This document shows, piece after piece, positions 1-12,070 of a stretch of DNA of 64,000 bases. Position numbers and translations under genes: made by a program. The DNA comes from Macrostomum lignano (Eukaryota): assembly GCA_002269645.1 (NCBI GenBank), contig NIVC01002128.1:62001-126000 (forward strand). The letters are read 5' to 3'. Position 1 is the stretch's first letter. Each line of letters starts with the position of its first letter. The notes beneath the pieces were generated by a model. It worked only from the letters and a program-made list of their open reading frames with translations, was not told the origin of the DNA and made no database searches.

Positions 1-131
1 AATTTGTCCAGTCAGGGCAACTGCGTTTACCCTGCGCCCTTTGAACTGTCGAATAAATAATAATGGGATATCCTATTTACTCTACTTATACTTATGTATC
101 CACGGGCCATATTAATGGATCCCAGCCTGCA

Positions 132-602
132 CCCTGCTGCTCCCCCGCCCTGCTGCTCCCCGCCCTGCTGCTCCTCCGCCCTGCTGCTCCTCCGCCCTGC
201 TGCTCCCCCGCCCTGCTGCTCCTCCGCATTGCTGCTCCTCCGCCCTGCTGCTCCTCCGCCCTGCTGCTCCTCCGCATTGCTGCTCCTCCGCCCTGCTGCT
301 CCTCCGCCATGCTGCTCCCCGCCCTGCTGCTCCTCCGCCCTGCTGCTCCTCCGCCCTGCTGCTCCTCCGCCATGCTGCTCCCCGCCCTGCTGCTCCTCCG
401 CCATGCTGCTCCTCCGCCCTGCTGCTCCTCCGCCATGCTGCTCCCCGCCCTGCTGCTCCTCCGCCCTGCTGCTCCTCCGCCATGCTGCTCCTCCGCCATG
501 CTGCTCCTCCGCCCTGCTGCTCCTCCGCCCTGCTGCTCCTCCGCCCTGCTGCTCCTCCGCCCTGCTGCTCCTCCGCATTGCTGCTCCTCCGCCCTGCTGC
601 TT
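132..602. repeat. GC-rich minisatellite, about 16-bp unit (CCGCCCTGCTGCTCCT) with variants
   Basis: Directly visible tandem array; it explains the overlapping low-complexity ORFs at 27-697. Confidence 0.95.
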
Positions 603-2141
603 CAATAATTTTTTTTAATTCTAACTGCAACCAACAATTCCCTAAGATTCAAAGACAGTCAATATTAGAAAATCAAGTACAAAATCAGAAATGTTAAAGG
701 GACAATCGCTTTATTTTCCATCTTGGAAACACTGCCACGACTCATAGTTGAGTAATATGTAATTTGTAAACGGAATTGTAGTTTTGCCATTTAAAACTAA
801 TAGAATTTTTACATCTTACAGTTACAGCTACATTTTCTAGTTACGGTGAAAAGGGCTATGCTCCGTCAAGAACATCTGGGAGCTACGCTAAGAAGGCTAG
901 TGCATTTTACAATGATTATTAAGATAAGCATCAGGTTAAGCCGTGGTTTCGGCTTCAGCAGCCGCAGCAGCATTTCCAGGGAGCGCCGCCGCTGAACTAC
1001 TGGAGCTTCCACCGGCCTTCCCGTCTGGTTGCCTTGGGACCCCAGTCGCTTTAGCATCCATGGTGGACGCCGCCGCTTTGGCCTCCGCAGCTCCCTTCTT
1101 GGCCTGCCTTGTGGAGCGTTGCTTAGCGCGTTTGCGCTCAATCAAGAAACGACGGTCAGTTCCTAGCCGGTGGAGCACAGGAAACACGGGGGAAGCAGCC
1201 GAGTGAACCAAGCGGTCTGGAGCCCGAGCGGGCCAAAAACACCGGTTTAAATAGCCGCCAACTGGACCACAGTTTGTTATAACGGAACACGTCGATTCTG
1301 ATTGGCTGAGCCGTTTTGTTAAAATGAGCGCCGAATTTTCTGATTGGCTAAGCTTGTTGCTACCCAGAATCACGTGACCGAGAGATCCTATCAGTTCCCA
1401 CAGGGTCATAAAAAGATGACAGGTGCGGCCATAAATCAATCAAAATCGCAACAAAATGATTTATGACTTTTCGCGTAGGATTGACAGAAATTAATGAGAA
1501 AATATTCATTAGAAAGCTCTTATTAAATAGAAGTTGAAGATAATGAAGAGAAATCGCTAATCGCTAATCCCAAAGTACTTTTAGGGGTAAAACGCATAGC
1601 TGTCAAAGCTGTCACACTCATGAGTGAATCCGAACAATAGGCTCTGACCTCATAAATCTGATGGCCTGTCAAAATGATGAGAATAAAGCTGCTATTCGCA
1701 TCCCCTCAGAGCACCTGGCGCCAGTCTCAACACTGAGTGAGGCGCAGGCGGCTGTCAGACCGGCTTCGAAAGCGATGATTTATGACCCAAAAAGCTGCGC
1801 CTATGTTATTATGACTACTAGTATGACCAAACTATATATCTAGTAAAGATTCTAAGTTGATTCGCAGAAAACGGAAAAAAATGCCCCTAGCCTACTTTTA
1901 GTAAGCAAGTGAGTTTAGAGCCCATGTGCTAGCGCGAGATTTGGAAAAAAGGGCGTCCTCATCAATAGGAGCGAATTGCAACTTTCCGGGTTGTAAGTTC
2001 CGGCTTTTGCCAGCCACGTTTATAGTCAAGCCAACCAAGTTGATAATTCCCATTTGGCAGCAGTAGATTTAGTCTTGCCCATAGACTTTGACATAGACGG
2101 AAAAACGGTGATCAAGTTGATAAAAAAGGCACCCAAGTTAA

Positions 2142-2543
2142 TATAGTATTTGTCATGCTATCTCAGCCTAGAGACATCCAAACTCAGCCAGCCCATCTCG
2201 ACAGTGCGATTTTTACGTAAGCCAGTCAAGTTTTACCATAGACATGCTTCTTAAGGCCATGCTATCTCAGCCTGGGACATGCAATCTCAGCGTTGTTGCG
2301 TACCCTTACTGACTTTTCTTGCTGCGTTCATTCATTGCTATTTGTTTGAAATGATAGCATTGAGATCTGTTTGCAATTGAAATCTATATTGGCTGAGATT
2401 GCATGTCCCAGGCTGAGATAGCATGGCCTTAAGAAGCATGTCTATGGTAAAAGTCGACTAGCTCGAGCCAAAAAAACGCATTGCGGAATGGGACTGGCTG
2501 AGTTTGGATGTCTCTAGGCTGAGATAGCATGACAAATACTATA
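2142..2543. mobile_element. Foldback MITE with about 150-bp inverted arms and TA at both ends (Tc1/mariner-like)
   Basis: 2142-2291 (TATAGTATTTGTCATGCTATCTCAGCC...GCAATCTCAGC) is the imperfect reverse complement of 2392-2543 (...GCTGAGATAGCATGACAAATACTATA), with a 100-bp spacer. The outermost TA fits a TA target duplication. Confidence 0.75.
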
Positions 2544-2780
2544 ATTTGGCCATTGCCATCCGAAAAAACGAATAAAAACAATTAATGAGCTAATCTACTT
2601 TAAAATTACAAATAGTACGAGAAAATAGCAGCTTTTACGGACTGTTGCGCAACAATGCCAAGAGGATAAAATCAGCATAGCAATGGCACTCACAATAGGT
2701 CATATTGGACTGAAGCAGAAGACCACTTACTAACTAACAACATATGCGTACTTAAAACGATTATTACTGTCTGCTTTCAG

Positions 2781-5700
2781 CTGTAAATACTACATGCGGA
2801 ACGATCAGCTATGGAAATTCATCGAACTTATCTGGAGTCATCGAGAGTCACGTGGGCTACAACCTCTATTCGTTTTTCACATACGCGCCCAATTTAACCT
2901 GCCTGTGGACACTGCCCAAACGCCCTGGATTCTACATCAATCTCTTTTTCAGAAACTACTATCTTAGCAGAAGTGACTGTCTAAAAATTGTAACAAAGCG
3001 CTCTTCAAATGGCAGTGATGGAGATTTGCAATATTGCAGTATCTATAGCGACTATCGTGCAAACGTACACTGGTTAACAACAGGTGATGCGCATATTTCG
3101 TTTACAACGGACGATCTTTATGAATCAAGCGGATTTTCTATTCAGTTTTACTACGAGCAGTTAGGTTTGGTGACTTTCTCTAATTCACTACAAACAGTTA
3201 ATACATATTGGAAAGTGTTATTTTTAAAACATATCTTCAATTTTAGCTTGCCCAAGCGTTCAGAAATGGGACTCGGACAACGGTGAAGTGGTTAGTCACA
3301 CAAACGCTGGAACAACGCACTATTTGAACTCTATGACATGCAATTGGCAAATTTCTGTGTCGCCAGACAAGCAAGTAATCGCCTGGTTTACTATTGGCAA
3401 GCTGTATTCAAACGACTTTGTCGAATTATATGATGGCCTCGACTTGTCAACGTCACCATCTTTGTTCACCGGCGCTTACATTCCGACAGAGGTCGGAATC
3501 CGGTCCACTGAAAGCAGCATGACGGTCAGGTTCACAACAGATGCCACTAGACATAACTATGGGTTTCGAATGCGATACAGCATTGCTGAGAACTGTAAGT
3601 TAGAATTTATTCAATAAATTACGAGCTAAGGAGCATAGAGCGCAGGATAGAATAAAAAAATTAATAGTTTCATTTGTTTTCCAGTCTGCGATGGTCTGAA
3701 GATTCTTAACGCCAGCCAAGGCGAGTTTTTCGACCATATCAACTCATCATCCCCTAACTATCTGAAAGGTATGATGTGCTACTGGAGTATTATCGCGCCT
3801 TTAGGATACAGCGTAGTGGCTCAGTTTAAATCATTCAGCCTCTACTACAAGGACTATGTCGCAATATATGATGGACTCACTGACAATTGGAAGTTACGAC
3901 GGAAGCTTTAAATTTCAGTCTGTCAGTTCAAGAATTTTTGTTTCAAAGTCAAATGCGATGCTTGTATATTTTGTGACGGATACCGGCTACTATAGTCGAA
4001 CAGGCTCTGGCTTCGGAATGAAGTACAACACAACGGAAAAATGTGAGCAAGGCTTTCATGTGCGACTTAATTATTTTGAAAATCCAGCGCAGCATAGTCC
4101 CATTAAGGAAATGCGTTTGAAGCTTTTAGTTAAACAACTTCACCGTAAAACTATACGCTCGTAAAAAAATTTGCATTGCCAAACGATAGATGCATATGTA
4201 CGCTTATACAGTTTACACTATTGACGAATGCATGTTACAGTATTACAAGCTAAAATAAATTCGATTCTTATGTTCATCAGTAGCACTTTTTCATTTGTTG
4301 TTGACCTATACTTAACAACAGTTTGTCAAGGCACGGAGCTCCTGACCAACGACACTGGAGAGCTGGTCAGCCATTCGTCTGCAGGCATTATGGGCTTCTT
4401 GATCAGCTCGGACTGCTATTGGGTGATCAGAGTCTCTCCCTCAAAGCGAGTGGTGGCTCGCTTTACCTTTTTTAACATTACTTCCCGCTATGAAAGCGTC
4501 ACTCTGTTTGATGGAGCCAATGGGTCAACAGTTCTGGCCACCCTATCGAGCAGCTTCTCGGACACAACGCAGGATTTCATAACGACAGAAAACGTCTTAA
4601 CCGTGCGTCTATACATTCCGCACAGTAGTAGTCGATCACTCGGAATCAAGATGAAATACGAAGCTGCAGATACCTGTGAGTATTTTTACTATATTGGGTC
4701 TGCTAAAATATGTATATTTAATCTTACATTAATACTTAGCTACATGCTGAATAATTTTTACTAATTTATTCATGTTTATTTTCTTTGTAATATTAAGGAC
4801 GTGTTACGACGCATTATTCCTAAATGACGTTCTAAAAAAATCCGCAGTGCCAGCAGCAACCAGTTCAGAGCAGGCGTCTCCTACCACAGCACGCGCTGTT
4901 GTCAGCAGTCCAAATTCGCCATCAACTGCAAAAGTTATACCAGAAACAAGCTCTGCTCCTGAGTCGGCTACAACTGGTGGAAAACTATCCCAAACAGGTA
5001 GGGAATTCATTTCACACAATGTTTTATTGATGTTCTCTGTAATATTGTAAGTGTTACGACGTTACATGTATGCTCTTGTTGAATAAAACTTACTTAAAAT
5101 TAATGTTCTTGAATTTTCGTAGAGCCGGCAACAACCAGTTCAAAGCAGACGACACCTACTATAACACGGGCTGTTGTCAGCAGCCCAAGTTCGCAAACAA
5201 CTTCAAAAATTATACCAGAAACAAGCTCTGCTCCGCAGTCCGCAACAACTAGTGTAAAATTGTCACAAACGGGTAGGAGATTCTTTTCAAGCAAACTTGA
5301 TGATATGAAAGCTTAAAAAGTTTGCGTGCATACATGCGCTCGTACATAGTGTTTTTAATTGATGCGTGCTAATTGCTAGTAGCGCAGTTAGTAAATGTCT
5401 TTACAAAATGACGCAAATCGATTCATTTATGAATTTTTTCAGAACCCAAAGAATCTTTTCCGACTTATGTTCTCGTCCTAGCAATTGCTGTTCCATCGGC
5501 TGCAGTTGCAGTTAATGCTGCAATTGTTGGAATTGTCATTCACAAGGTTTTATTCGCGAATTTTAAAGTGATGTTCTATAAGTTCATTACATGTAGTATA
5601 TTTAATTTTTACACCATTTGACATTGTATCAATCATTTTAGTATCTCCAGAATGTGAAGCGACTCAAAACTCACACTCCTTCTAATACTGAGGTTAGAAA

Positions 5701-6050
5701 TTTACAATGGTTTTGCTGTCATGCACTCTCGCAATTACAATGATGCTAATTACGTTTCTAACAAAAATTGCAGGCCAGAGACGGTTCATATGCACCTGAG
5801 ACAACGTCAACGAGAGATGTGCGTGTAACTATCAAAATTCCCCGCAATTTTTACCTATAAATAGTTTTGATTAAGTCGACAACGGCGCGCTAAAAAGCTG
5901 AAATTATTATTCCCTCAGAATGAAGACAACCCCTATTCAGTAGCCGACAAATTCGAAAATACTACACAGAGGAATGTCGGCGAGGACGACTACTACGACT
6001 CTATTGGTACGTTGCCGCAAGGAGACCCACAGCTCAGCACATTTAAATAA
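2781..6050 (+). CDS. Multi-CUB type-I membrane receptor, copy A (5' part upstream of window or missing; frameshift in third visible CUB exon)
   Basis: AG/GT-bounded exons: CUB 2781-3164, 3247-3594, 3685-4042, 4322-4675; Ser/Thr stalk 4848-4997, 5123-5272; TM 5443-5546 (YVLVLAIAVPSAAVAVNAAIVGIVIHK); tail 5642-5692, 5774-5818, 5919-6050 (NEDNPYSV...EDDYYDSI...TFK*). CUB motifs C..W, YDG and F.TD....GF are present. Exon 3685-4042 is 358 nt (not 3n) and reaches TAA at 3909. Confidence 0.85.
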
Positions 6051-7340
6051 TATGAGTTAGACAAAAACACAGGGCACGTTTTCATCTTGTTACTTAAAAT
6101 AGCCAGTAAATATTAAATAGGCCCGTGCTAAGTACATGAAAATACACAAGCTACTCCAACCCAGGTTTGAAACGAAGCAATTTTGTGCTTGAAAAATGAA
6201 AGTGTTTTACTTTTATATTAAGTATACTAAGTTATAATTAGCTCGTATATATAAGTATATTTTTATCTGTTTGCTCAATGGAAATAAGGATTCTGCCACC
6301 GGAGCTACAGTTTAAAGTTCAGCTCTGGTCTCAGACGTCACTTCTATCATCATCGTTTTTATTCCTTCTTGTGTGTTCTTACATCCTCCACCAGTCATCC
6401 CCCTTTTTTATAACAGTTCGTAAAAATTTCATAAAAATTATGAGGTCATCCTGTGGCTATGTCGTCAGGTTTACAAAAAAAATTGTATTCACTATATTAT
6501 CAATTCTGTATAACTTTCTAACCCATTTTTTCATCTTCAGACTTTTTAACTTGAGTAGAAATACTGTTCTAATCAATTTTCTGTTCTCGAATCTTCCTCC
6601 CACACTTTCATAAAAGTTCGTAACATAGTGCATTAAAAATTTGAAGTCATCGCCCAGACACAAATAAATTGTCAGGTTTGAAAATATAATTTTTGTACTC
6701 ACTGTATAATCAATTCAGTGTAAATTCCTGCGTGAAATTAACTCGTACTCACCAAGTTTTCGATATTCAATTTTTATCTTTGTCGCAGCTTTCAAGACTT
6801 TCTCAATGCTTAAAATGTTTTGAGACTTTGATGTTCCCTTTATTAAAACTATCCCGCGAAATTTCACAACCACTGACTACAGTAATAGGTATAGAGAAAT
6901 AATTGTTTCCTGCTAATTTTATTCTCGTTTGCTGTGCTTTTTAATAGTTATTTCTTCCTATTTATTTCGTTATTCGTTTGAGTGTTCTAATTAAAGTGGA
7001 ATTTACAAGAAAATTATCATTATTTACTCCAAAGATACTGAAATTTTCTGTTTAACATAACAAAGAAAGAAAGCATGAAAAGGAGAAGTGTCTTTTTGGA
7101 AACAGTAGCTAAACAATGTCTTCTGTAGTATGGTTTGCCATACTATATGGTTTGCCATACTTTGCCATACTATGGATGCTTTCATACGACCTAAATTTCA
7201 TAACACCTAAAATCACCATACTTCTCAACGCCTAATTTTCATCCAAAATGTGAAGGAGCTTCCAGAGATTTTAAATGTTGTAAAATTTTGTGCGATATGA
7301 AATTTAGGCGATGTGAAGTCATGTGCTTTGGCGTTGTGAA
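6051..7340. repeat. 3' flank duplicated with 33776-35180 (part of the CUB gene tandem duplication)
   Basis: Shared blocks, e.g. GAAATAA..ATTCTGCCA.CGGAGCTACAG.TTAAAG (about 6282 and 33910) and GAAATTTAGG.C.TGTGAAG (about 7340 and 35160). Confidence 0.8.
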
Positions 7341-7544
7341 ATTTAGGTCTTGTGAAGCGCCTCCGTTTAAAAGAACAATCCATAGAAAGGAGACTTGATA
7401 TACCGGAGGGTTGGAGAGTAATTGTGAGGGATTAATTGTTCATCTTGTTTGCGCGGTCTAACACCCCATACGGCATCGCAGGCTGTATGGACTTTTAGAG
7501 GTATACCGGTAGAAGATTAGTCAATAAAATAGTACTTTACTATT

Positions 7545-9925
7545 AATATTGTTATTATTATTACTAAACAGCTGAGTCCAGCCTAGCTGCAGATTGAGGG
7601 GTAAGACCATGAGCCTGTACGAGCCTGTCGTACATCTGATAGAAAAGTGTCAGTCAGAGCTTGGCCCCGGCGGAGCCTTCCACAGGCCAGGCTGAGCAGC
7701 AGGTCGGCGAGCGGGGGCCTGGTGTCCCGTGCGTGAGCGCAGGCGCTGTGGCCGATAAACAACTGATTTCGCCTCTGCAGGGTGCGGCCCAAAAGCGGCT
7801 TGCGGGTCCAGGTCACCAGCTCTGCGTTGCTCAGGCGCTTAGGGAACCGGATTCAATGGGCATTGCGCAGGAGGTGGTGATGACAGGCCTTCAAGCTCGC
7901 ATCACGATTGGCAGTTATGGGAGCAGCTTCCAGCCCGTATGTCAGCACCGTCTCAACTACCGAGCGGAATAGTGCAACCTTCAAACTGTCGGTGGCAAGC
8001 CGGTAGTTGAAATTGGAGCGAAAAAGGTAGGAGGTTCACCACTCCAGCTGCGGTTCTTAACAATGGCATCCGGGTCAGTGACCGGGACGCTCAGATGCTT
8101 AAACTGGTTGCTCGGGGCGTTGGTGTGGCCGTCAGGTAGAAAAAACAGTGAAAAGGGGTTGGAAAATGCCAACATGCAGCATTCCTGTCTAGCCGTAGTT
8201 GATGTAGAGAACCACGCGCTTCCCCTCGTTAGCCAGGCGACTCAACGCCCTCTGCGCAGCTTCGGGCTGCAGCAGGTCAGCGCCAAGTCGGCGGCGTAGG
8301 CGAGGCAGGTCAGCTTGACACAGGGAAAGCGGGAGCTGCGGCAAGGCACCACTTCATAGCCGTCTTTGTCGTGCAGAGCCAGCCGCATGACATACATGTA
8401 GTCGATCCGGATGACCAATACAAATGAGAATAAGACGTCGTCTTGCAAGACCCTGGAGGTGGTGGAAAATTCAGCGCTGTAGGGCTGTGGTCAGTCTAGA
8501 CAAAAGCCTTGGGCGAGTTGTTAAGGTCCATGATTGCTTTGACCAGCAGCTGAGGAACTCCGTGTTGCTGGAGTAGCCAGAAAATGGCTGCCCGGCTGGC
8601 TGACGGAGTCAAAAGTTTTGCAGAAATCTACAAAAACAACTGGCACCCCTTTAGGCTCGCTTCGCAGGTGTCAATGACGCAGAGTATCGCAGCGACTTAT
8701 TTTGCTGTTGACCGTTCAGGTCTGAAGCCACTCTAGATGCTGAGAAGCCTCTGGTTGAAGATGGGTTGAATGCGGTTGCGAAGAATGCTGTGAAGGAATT
8801 TGGCCAGAGTGCACTCCAGGGCGATGCCACGCAAGTTTTTCAGGCCGCTGGAGTTGCTCTTCTTGGGAATGGCCACTATCTTAGAAGTTCTCCATCGCTC
8901 TGGGGCACTCTGGGGCACTAGCAGTTGAGCCCCACCCAGGCGACAGGAGTGGTTGAGGATTCCGTTGATGACCGGTACAATAGCAGCTCGGGCATCTTCA
9001 GGACACGCGGTGAGATGTCATCGATTCCCGCTGCTGCATCAGTCCGCATGGTTCTTTGGGCTTTGGAGACTTTATCCATGGAGATCGGAGCGAAATCGAA
9101 GTCGGATGGACAGGCAGCTGGGGCATTGCAAACAGCATCGCTGGGAGGGGGCATTCCATATTCCACTGGATAGAAGTGGCCCGCAATCGGCTGTAGGTGG
9201 TTCTGGATGGAATCAGCTTTGATGATAGCATTATGTGGGGCTCGCCGTCCAGTGAAGCAGTCGATGGTGCACCAGGCCGCAGCATGACGGCAGTTGTCAG
9301 TATCAGCATCATGGATCTTCGTCACAGCTTCTTTGGTAGACGGCTCAGAAGCTTGTATGTGGCAGTTTGCAGCGCTTTAGCCGCGGTGGAAGGGAGCACT
9401 GCTAGCAGTGCCATGCCGCGAAACTGCAGCTGGCATTTCTTGCCGGGCTCTGATGTTGTCCGGATGAGAGTTTTAGAGTGCACCCGATTGCCATACAGTT
9501 GCCTCCTGGGAGCGCAGCTGCAGAGGAAGCGACTGCTGCAGAGAAGCTGTCGTAGCTGCTGTCAAGGCGGAGAACGGAGTACTTGAGTTGTTGCAGGAAT
9601 TTGATTTGATTTTAGAGCTGTTAATTGCACTCTAGCAGGGCAGGGGACTGGCCGGCTTCCCGAAGCGATGCCAGCGTAGCTCCAGCCTGCGGCAGGAGAG
9701 TGTGGCTGGATGGGATGTATTTCAGAGTGATGTTACGAAAACTGCACCCTTTGGCTCGTTCCAGCATGTGGAACACATGGCGATCGTTTGCAACAAGGCA
9801 AAGCTTTGAAGCCGACTCAAACTCAGATTTGCCAGCCCATCAACTTTCTCATGCAGCATCGTCTGTCGCGACAGTCGAGTCTGCAGGCATTCATCAGCTC
9901 CGGTGACGGCAGACTGGGGACTCGT
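7545..9925 (-). mobile_element. Decayed non-LTR retrotransposon (APE-RT, RTE-like), 5'-truncated
   Basis: Minus-strand fragments: WRTSKIVAIPKKSNSSGLKNLRGIAL (8733-8918), VFVDFCKTFDSV (about 8610-8650), SRVLQDDVLF...LAYAADLAL (degenerate QG and YADD motifs, 8242-8460), FKHL (about 8090). An (AAT)n-like tail lies at about 7545-7563. Many stops and frameshifts. Confidence 0.85.
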
Positions 9926-9964
9926 GTGTAATATTTTATTCCTTGCCTTAGAGGCAGTCTGAAC

Positions 9965-10138
9965 TGTTAGCAATCGTGACAAATAATTAGCTGAATCATC
10001 GTATTGATTTAATGTACGTTCGCTCTCTATGTACATCGCAGGCTTAACTTCAACTTGCATAAATTAAGCGATCACTGCCTCACGGGCCTTCGTTTTTTTG
10101 GTGCTGCTAAATACCGCATGTTACAAGTGGTAGCAGAG
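9965..10138 (+). mobile_element. Putative 5' LTR (TGT...ACA, 9965-10125) followed by a tRNA-iMet primer-binding site (10128-10138)
   Basis: TGGTAGCAGAG matches the complement of the 3' end of animal initiator tRNA-Met (TGGTAGCAGAGG...). It sits 2 nt after ...GTTACA and 6 nt before the gag ATG. No second LTR was found. Confidence 0.65.
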
Positions 10139-10144
10139 TGTACT

Positions 10145-10940
10145 ATGGCAGAGGGCGGCAGTTACCGTGCGATTCCTAGGGCGTTCAGCTCAGCTCAGGC
10201 AACTTTAAGGAGTGGCTCCAGCGGTTTGAGCTGTGCGCGGCAGCCAACAAGTAGGTAAATGACAAGCATTTGCACCTGCCAACGTTTTTGGATGGTGAGG
10301 CTCTGGCTGTTTTTCTTGAGCTCGACGAGAATAGCAAGAGCGACTACAGCAAAGTGACCAAAGCTCTGAGCCAGGCATTTCACCCGGACAGCCAGCAATT
10401 CTCAGCGCTGGATGCATTCGAGAGCCGGAAGCTGCTGCCGGGCGAATCTCCTCGGCTCTTTCTCTATTACCTGAAGCAGCTGCTAAAGGACGCTGGCATC
10501 AGCGAGGCAGGCGCAACGGCCACCATGCTGACTCACCAGTTCATTCGCGGACTGCTGGAGGACATCAGCAAGCAGATCAGAGCGGACGCGTCAGCCAAGA
10601 CCGTGAGTGACGCTCTCGCACGGGCACAACTGCTACTGGAGCTGCCTTCTGCCACCACGGACGGATTCAAGCAGCCTCTTGCAGCGGCAGCCGGAGCTGC
10701 AGGCAGCGCGGAGACGGCAGAACTGAGGGCTGCGGTCAGCTCGCTGCAGGCGACGGTCCAAGACCTGGCGGCGAAGCTGGCTCAGAGGTTTCGGACTCCT
10801 GCGCGATTCGCAGTGCGAGGAGACAGCGCGAGGTGACCTGCTGGAACTGCCACCGCCGCGGCCACATCGCCAGGAACTGCAATCAGCCGTCGGGAAACGG
10901 CACAGGCCGGGGCAGAGTCCGCACCCCTGGCCAGTTCTGA
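10145..10940 (+). mobile_element. Decayed Gag of a Ty3/gypsy-like element with CCHC zinc knuckle
   Basis: MAEGGSY...NFKEWLQRFELCAAANK*...LPTFLDGEALAVF...RKLLPGESP...HQFIRGL. After a frameshift near 10785 comes CWNCHRRGHIARNC (10839-10880; CX2CX4HX4C). Confidence 0.8.
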
Positions 10941-11029
10941 GCGCAGGCCCCAGCGTGAGTGGGTTGTTCCTGGGCGCAGAGGGAAGCGGTGCAGTCAGCA
11001 GCAGCGCAGCGGCAGTCGTCATCAGGCCG

Positions 11030-12070
11030 AACTCGGCACTACGGTTGCTGCGTTACACCACTTGGCTATTCGACGTGCACAGCGGTTGCTGCGTGGCTGC
11101 AGCGTCTACTTTTTGCAAGGCTGAGCTGGGCCCGAGTCAACTGCTGCGACTTTCTGCTGCTGCTGTGAGACCTGCCTTAGAGCTTCCCTGTGGAGCTCAT
11201 CTTTTAGCCGGATGCTGGGAGATGCTACGGCGGCCAATCTTTGCGCTGTCAGCCGGGCGAACCTTGGCAGGGCGATGCTGTCAACTATCGTCGCCTAGGT
11301 TCAAAGGTAGCCCGGATTTCCGTTCGACTGTCCAAGAAGAACCAATTCGGTGAGCGCCGTAATGTTGTTATTCTGTCCTGCATCCGCAAGAGTGCGGCTG
11401 CTCCGCTGTGTCCGCTTTGTGCGCTCCAACATCATTTCAGCCGGAACTGACTAGACCAGGGGTTGGAAACTTTTTTCTCCTAATGGCTAGATAGAGAATC
11501 TAGTGTATAACTGCATTCCAGAGGAGAAGACGAGAGAGGAGAGAAAGAGAAGGACATTATTAAAAGAATAAAGCTTTCAGATTTCAGACTAAACTTGAGC
11601 CGACTGGATTGCAATTAATTTATTTAAGTTTTAATTAAGTTTTAATTTAATTTAATTAAGTTTTCATGGACCCGAGGCCCGGATGCAGAGGTTTCTCGGG
11701 CCACATGCGGCCCGCGGGCCGGAGTTGGCCGACCCCTACGCCTGCACTAAAGACGTACCCCTCCTACATGGCCCCTGTTTTCCACCCTGCAGTCAGGGGA
11801 ATCTGATGAGCTCAACTGCAGCTTGTAGCCAGTGCGAATTGTCTTTGCTCTCCCCACCAGACTGGCCTTCCGAGAAACCACCTTTCAATACACAACCTGT
11901 GCTGAGGCGGTGCCAGCTACGCCAGGCGTGCGGGAATCGCGAGCGAGGACATCAAAGACATTGGCGTTTGGAAGAGCAATGCGATTCATTTCTACGAGGG
12001 CCAGCAGCCGCAGGTAACGCAGCTGTGCTGTTTTTCGCATCAGGGCAGCGGTGCAGGCAGCGGATTGACT
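11030..12070 (+). mobile_element. Decayed tyrosine recombinase (DIRS/Ngaro-like), split by a MITE
   Basis: LRCQPGE...VRLSKKNQFGERRNVVIL...LCPLCAL (11241-11450) and LSIHNLC*GGASYARRAGIASEDIKDIGVWKSNAIHFYE (about 11864-12000). These match the SKTDQFG...CPV and H-S-L-R-x-G-G-A...G-x-W-K-S-x-A-x3-Y motifs of retroelement tyrosine recombinases. Confidence 0.7.
11457..11738. mobile_element. hAT-like (Charlie-type) MITE inserted in the recombinase remnant
   Basis: Ends are CAGGGGTTGGAAACT and AGTTGGCCGACCCCTA, with a subterminal GCGGCCCGCGGGCC palindrome and an AT-rich core interrupting the YR reading frame. No clean TSD was seen. Confidence 0.6.

Noticed and set aside
27-697. Several overlapping 135-192 aa ORFs on both strands
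   Set aside because: They are translations of a GC-rich minisatellite that lacks stop codons, with no domain content.
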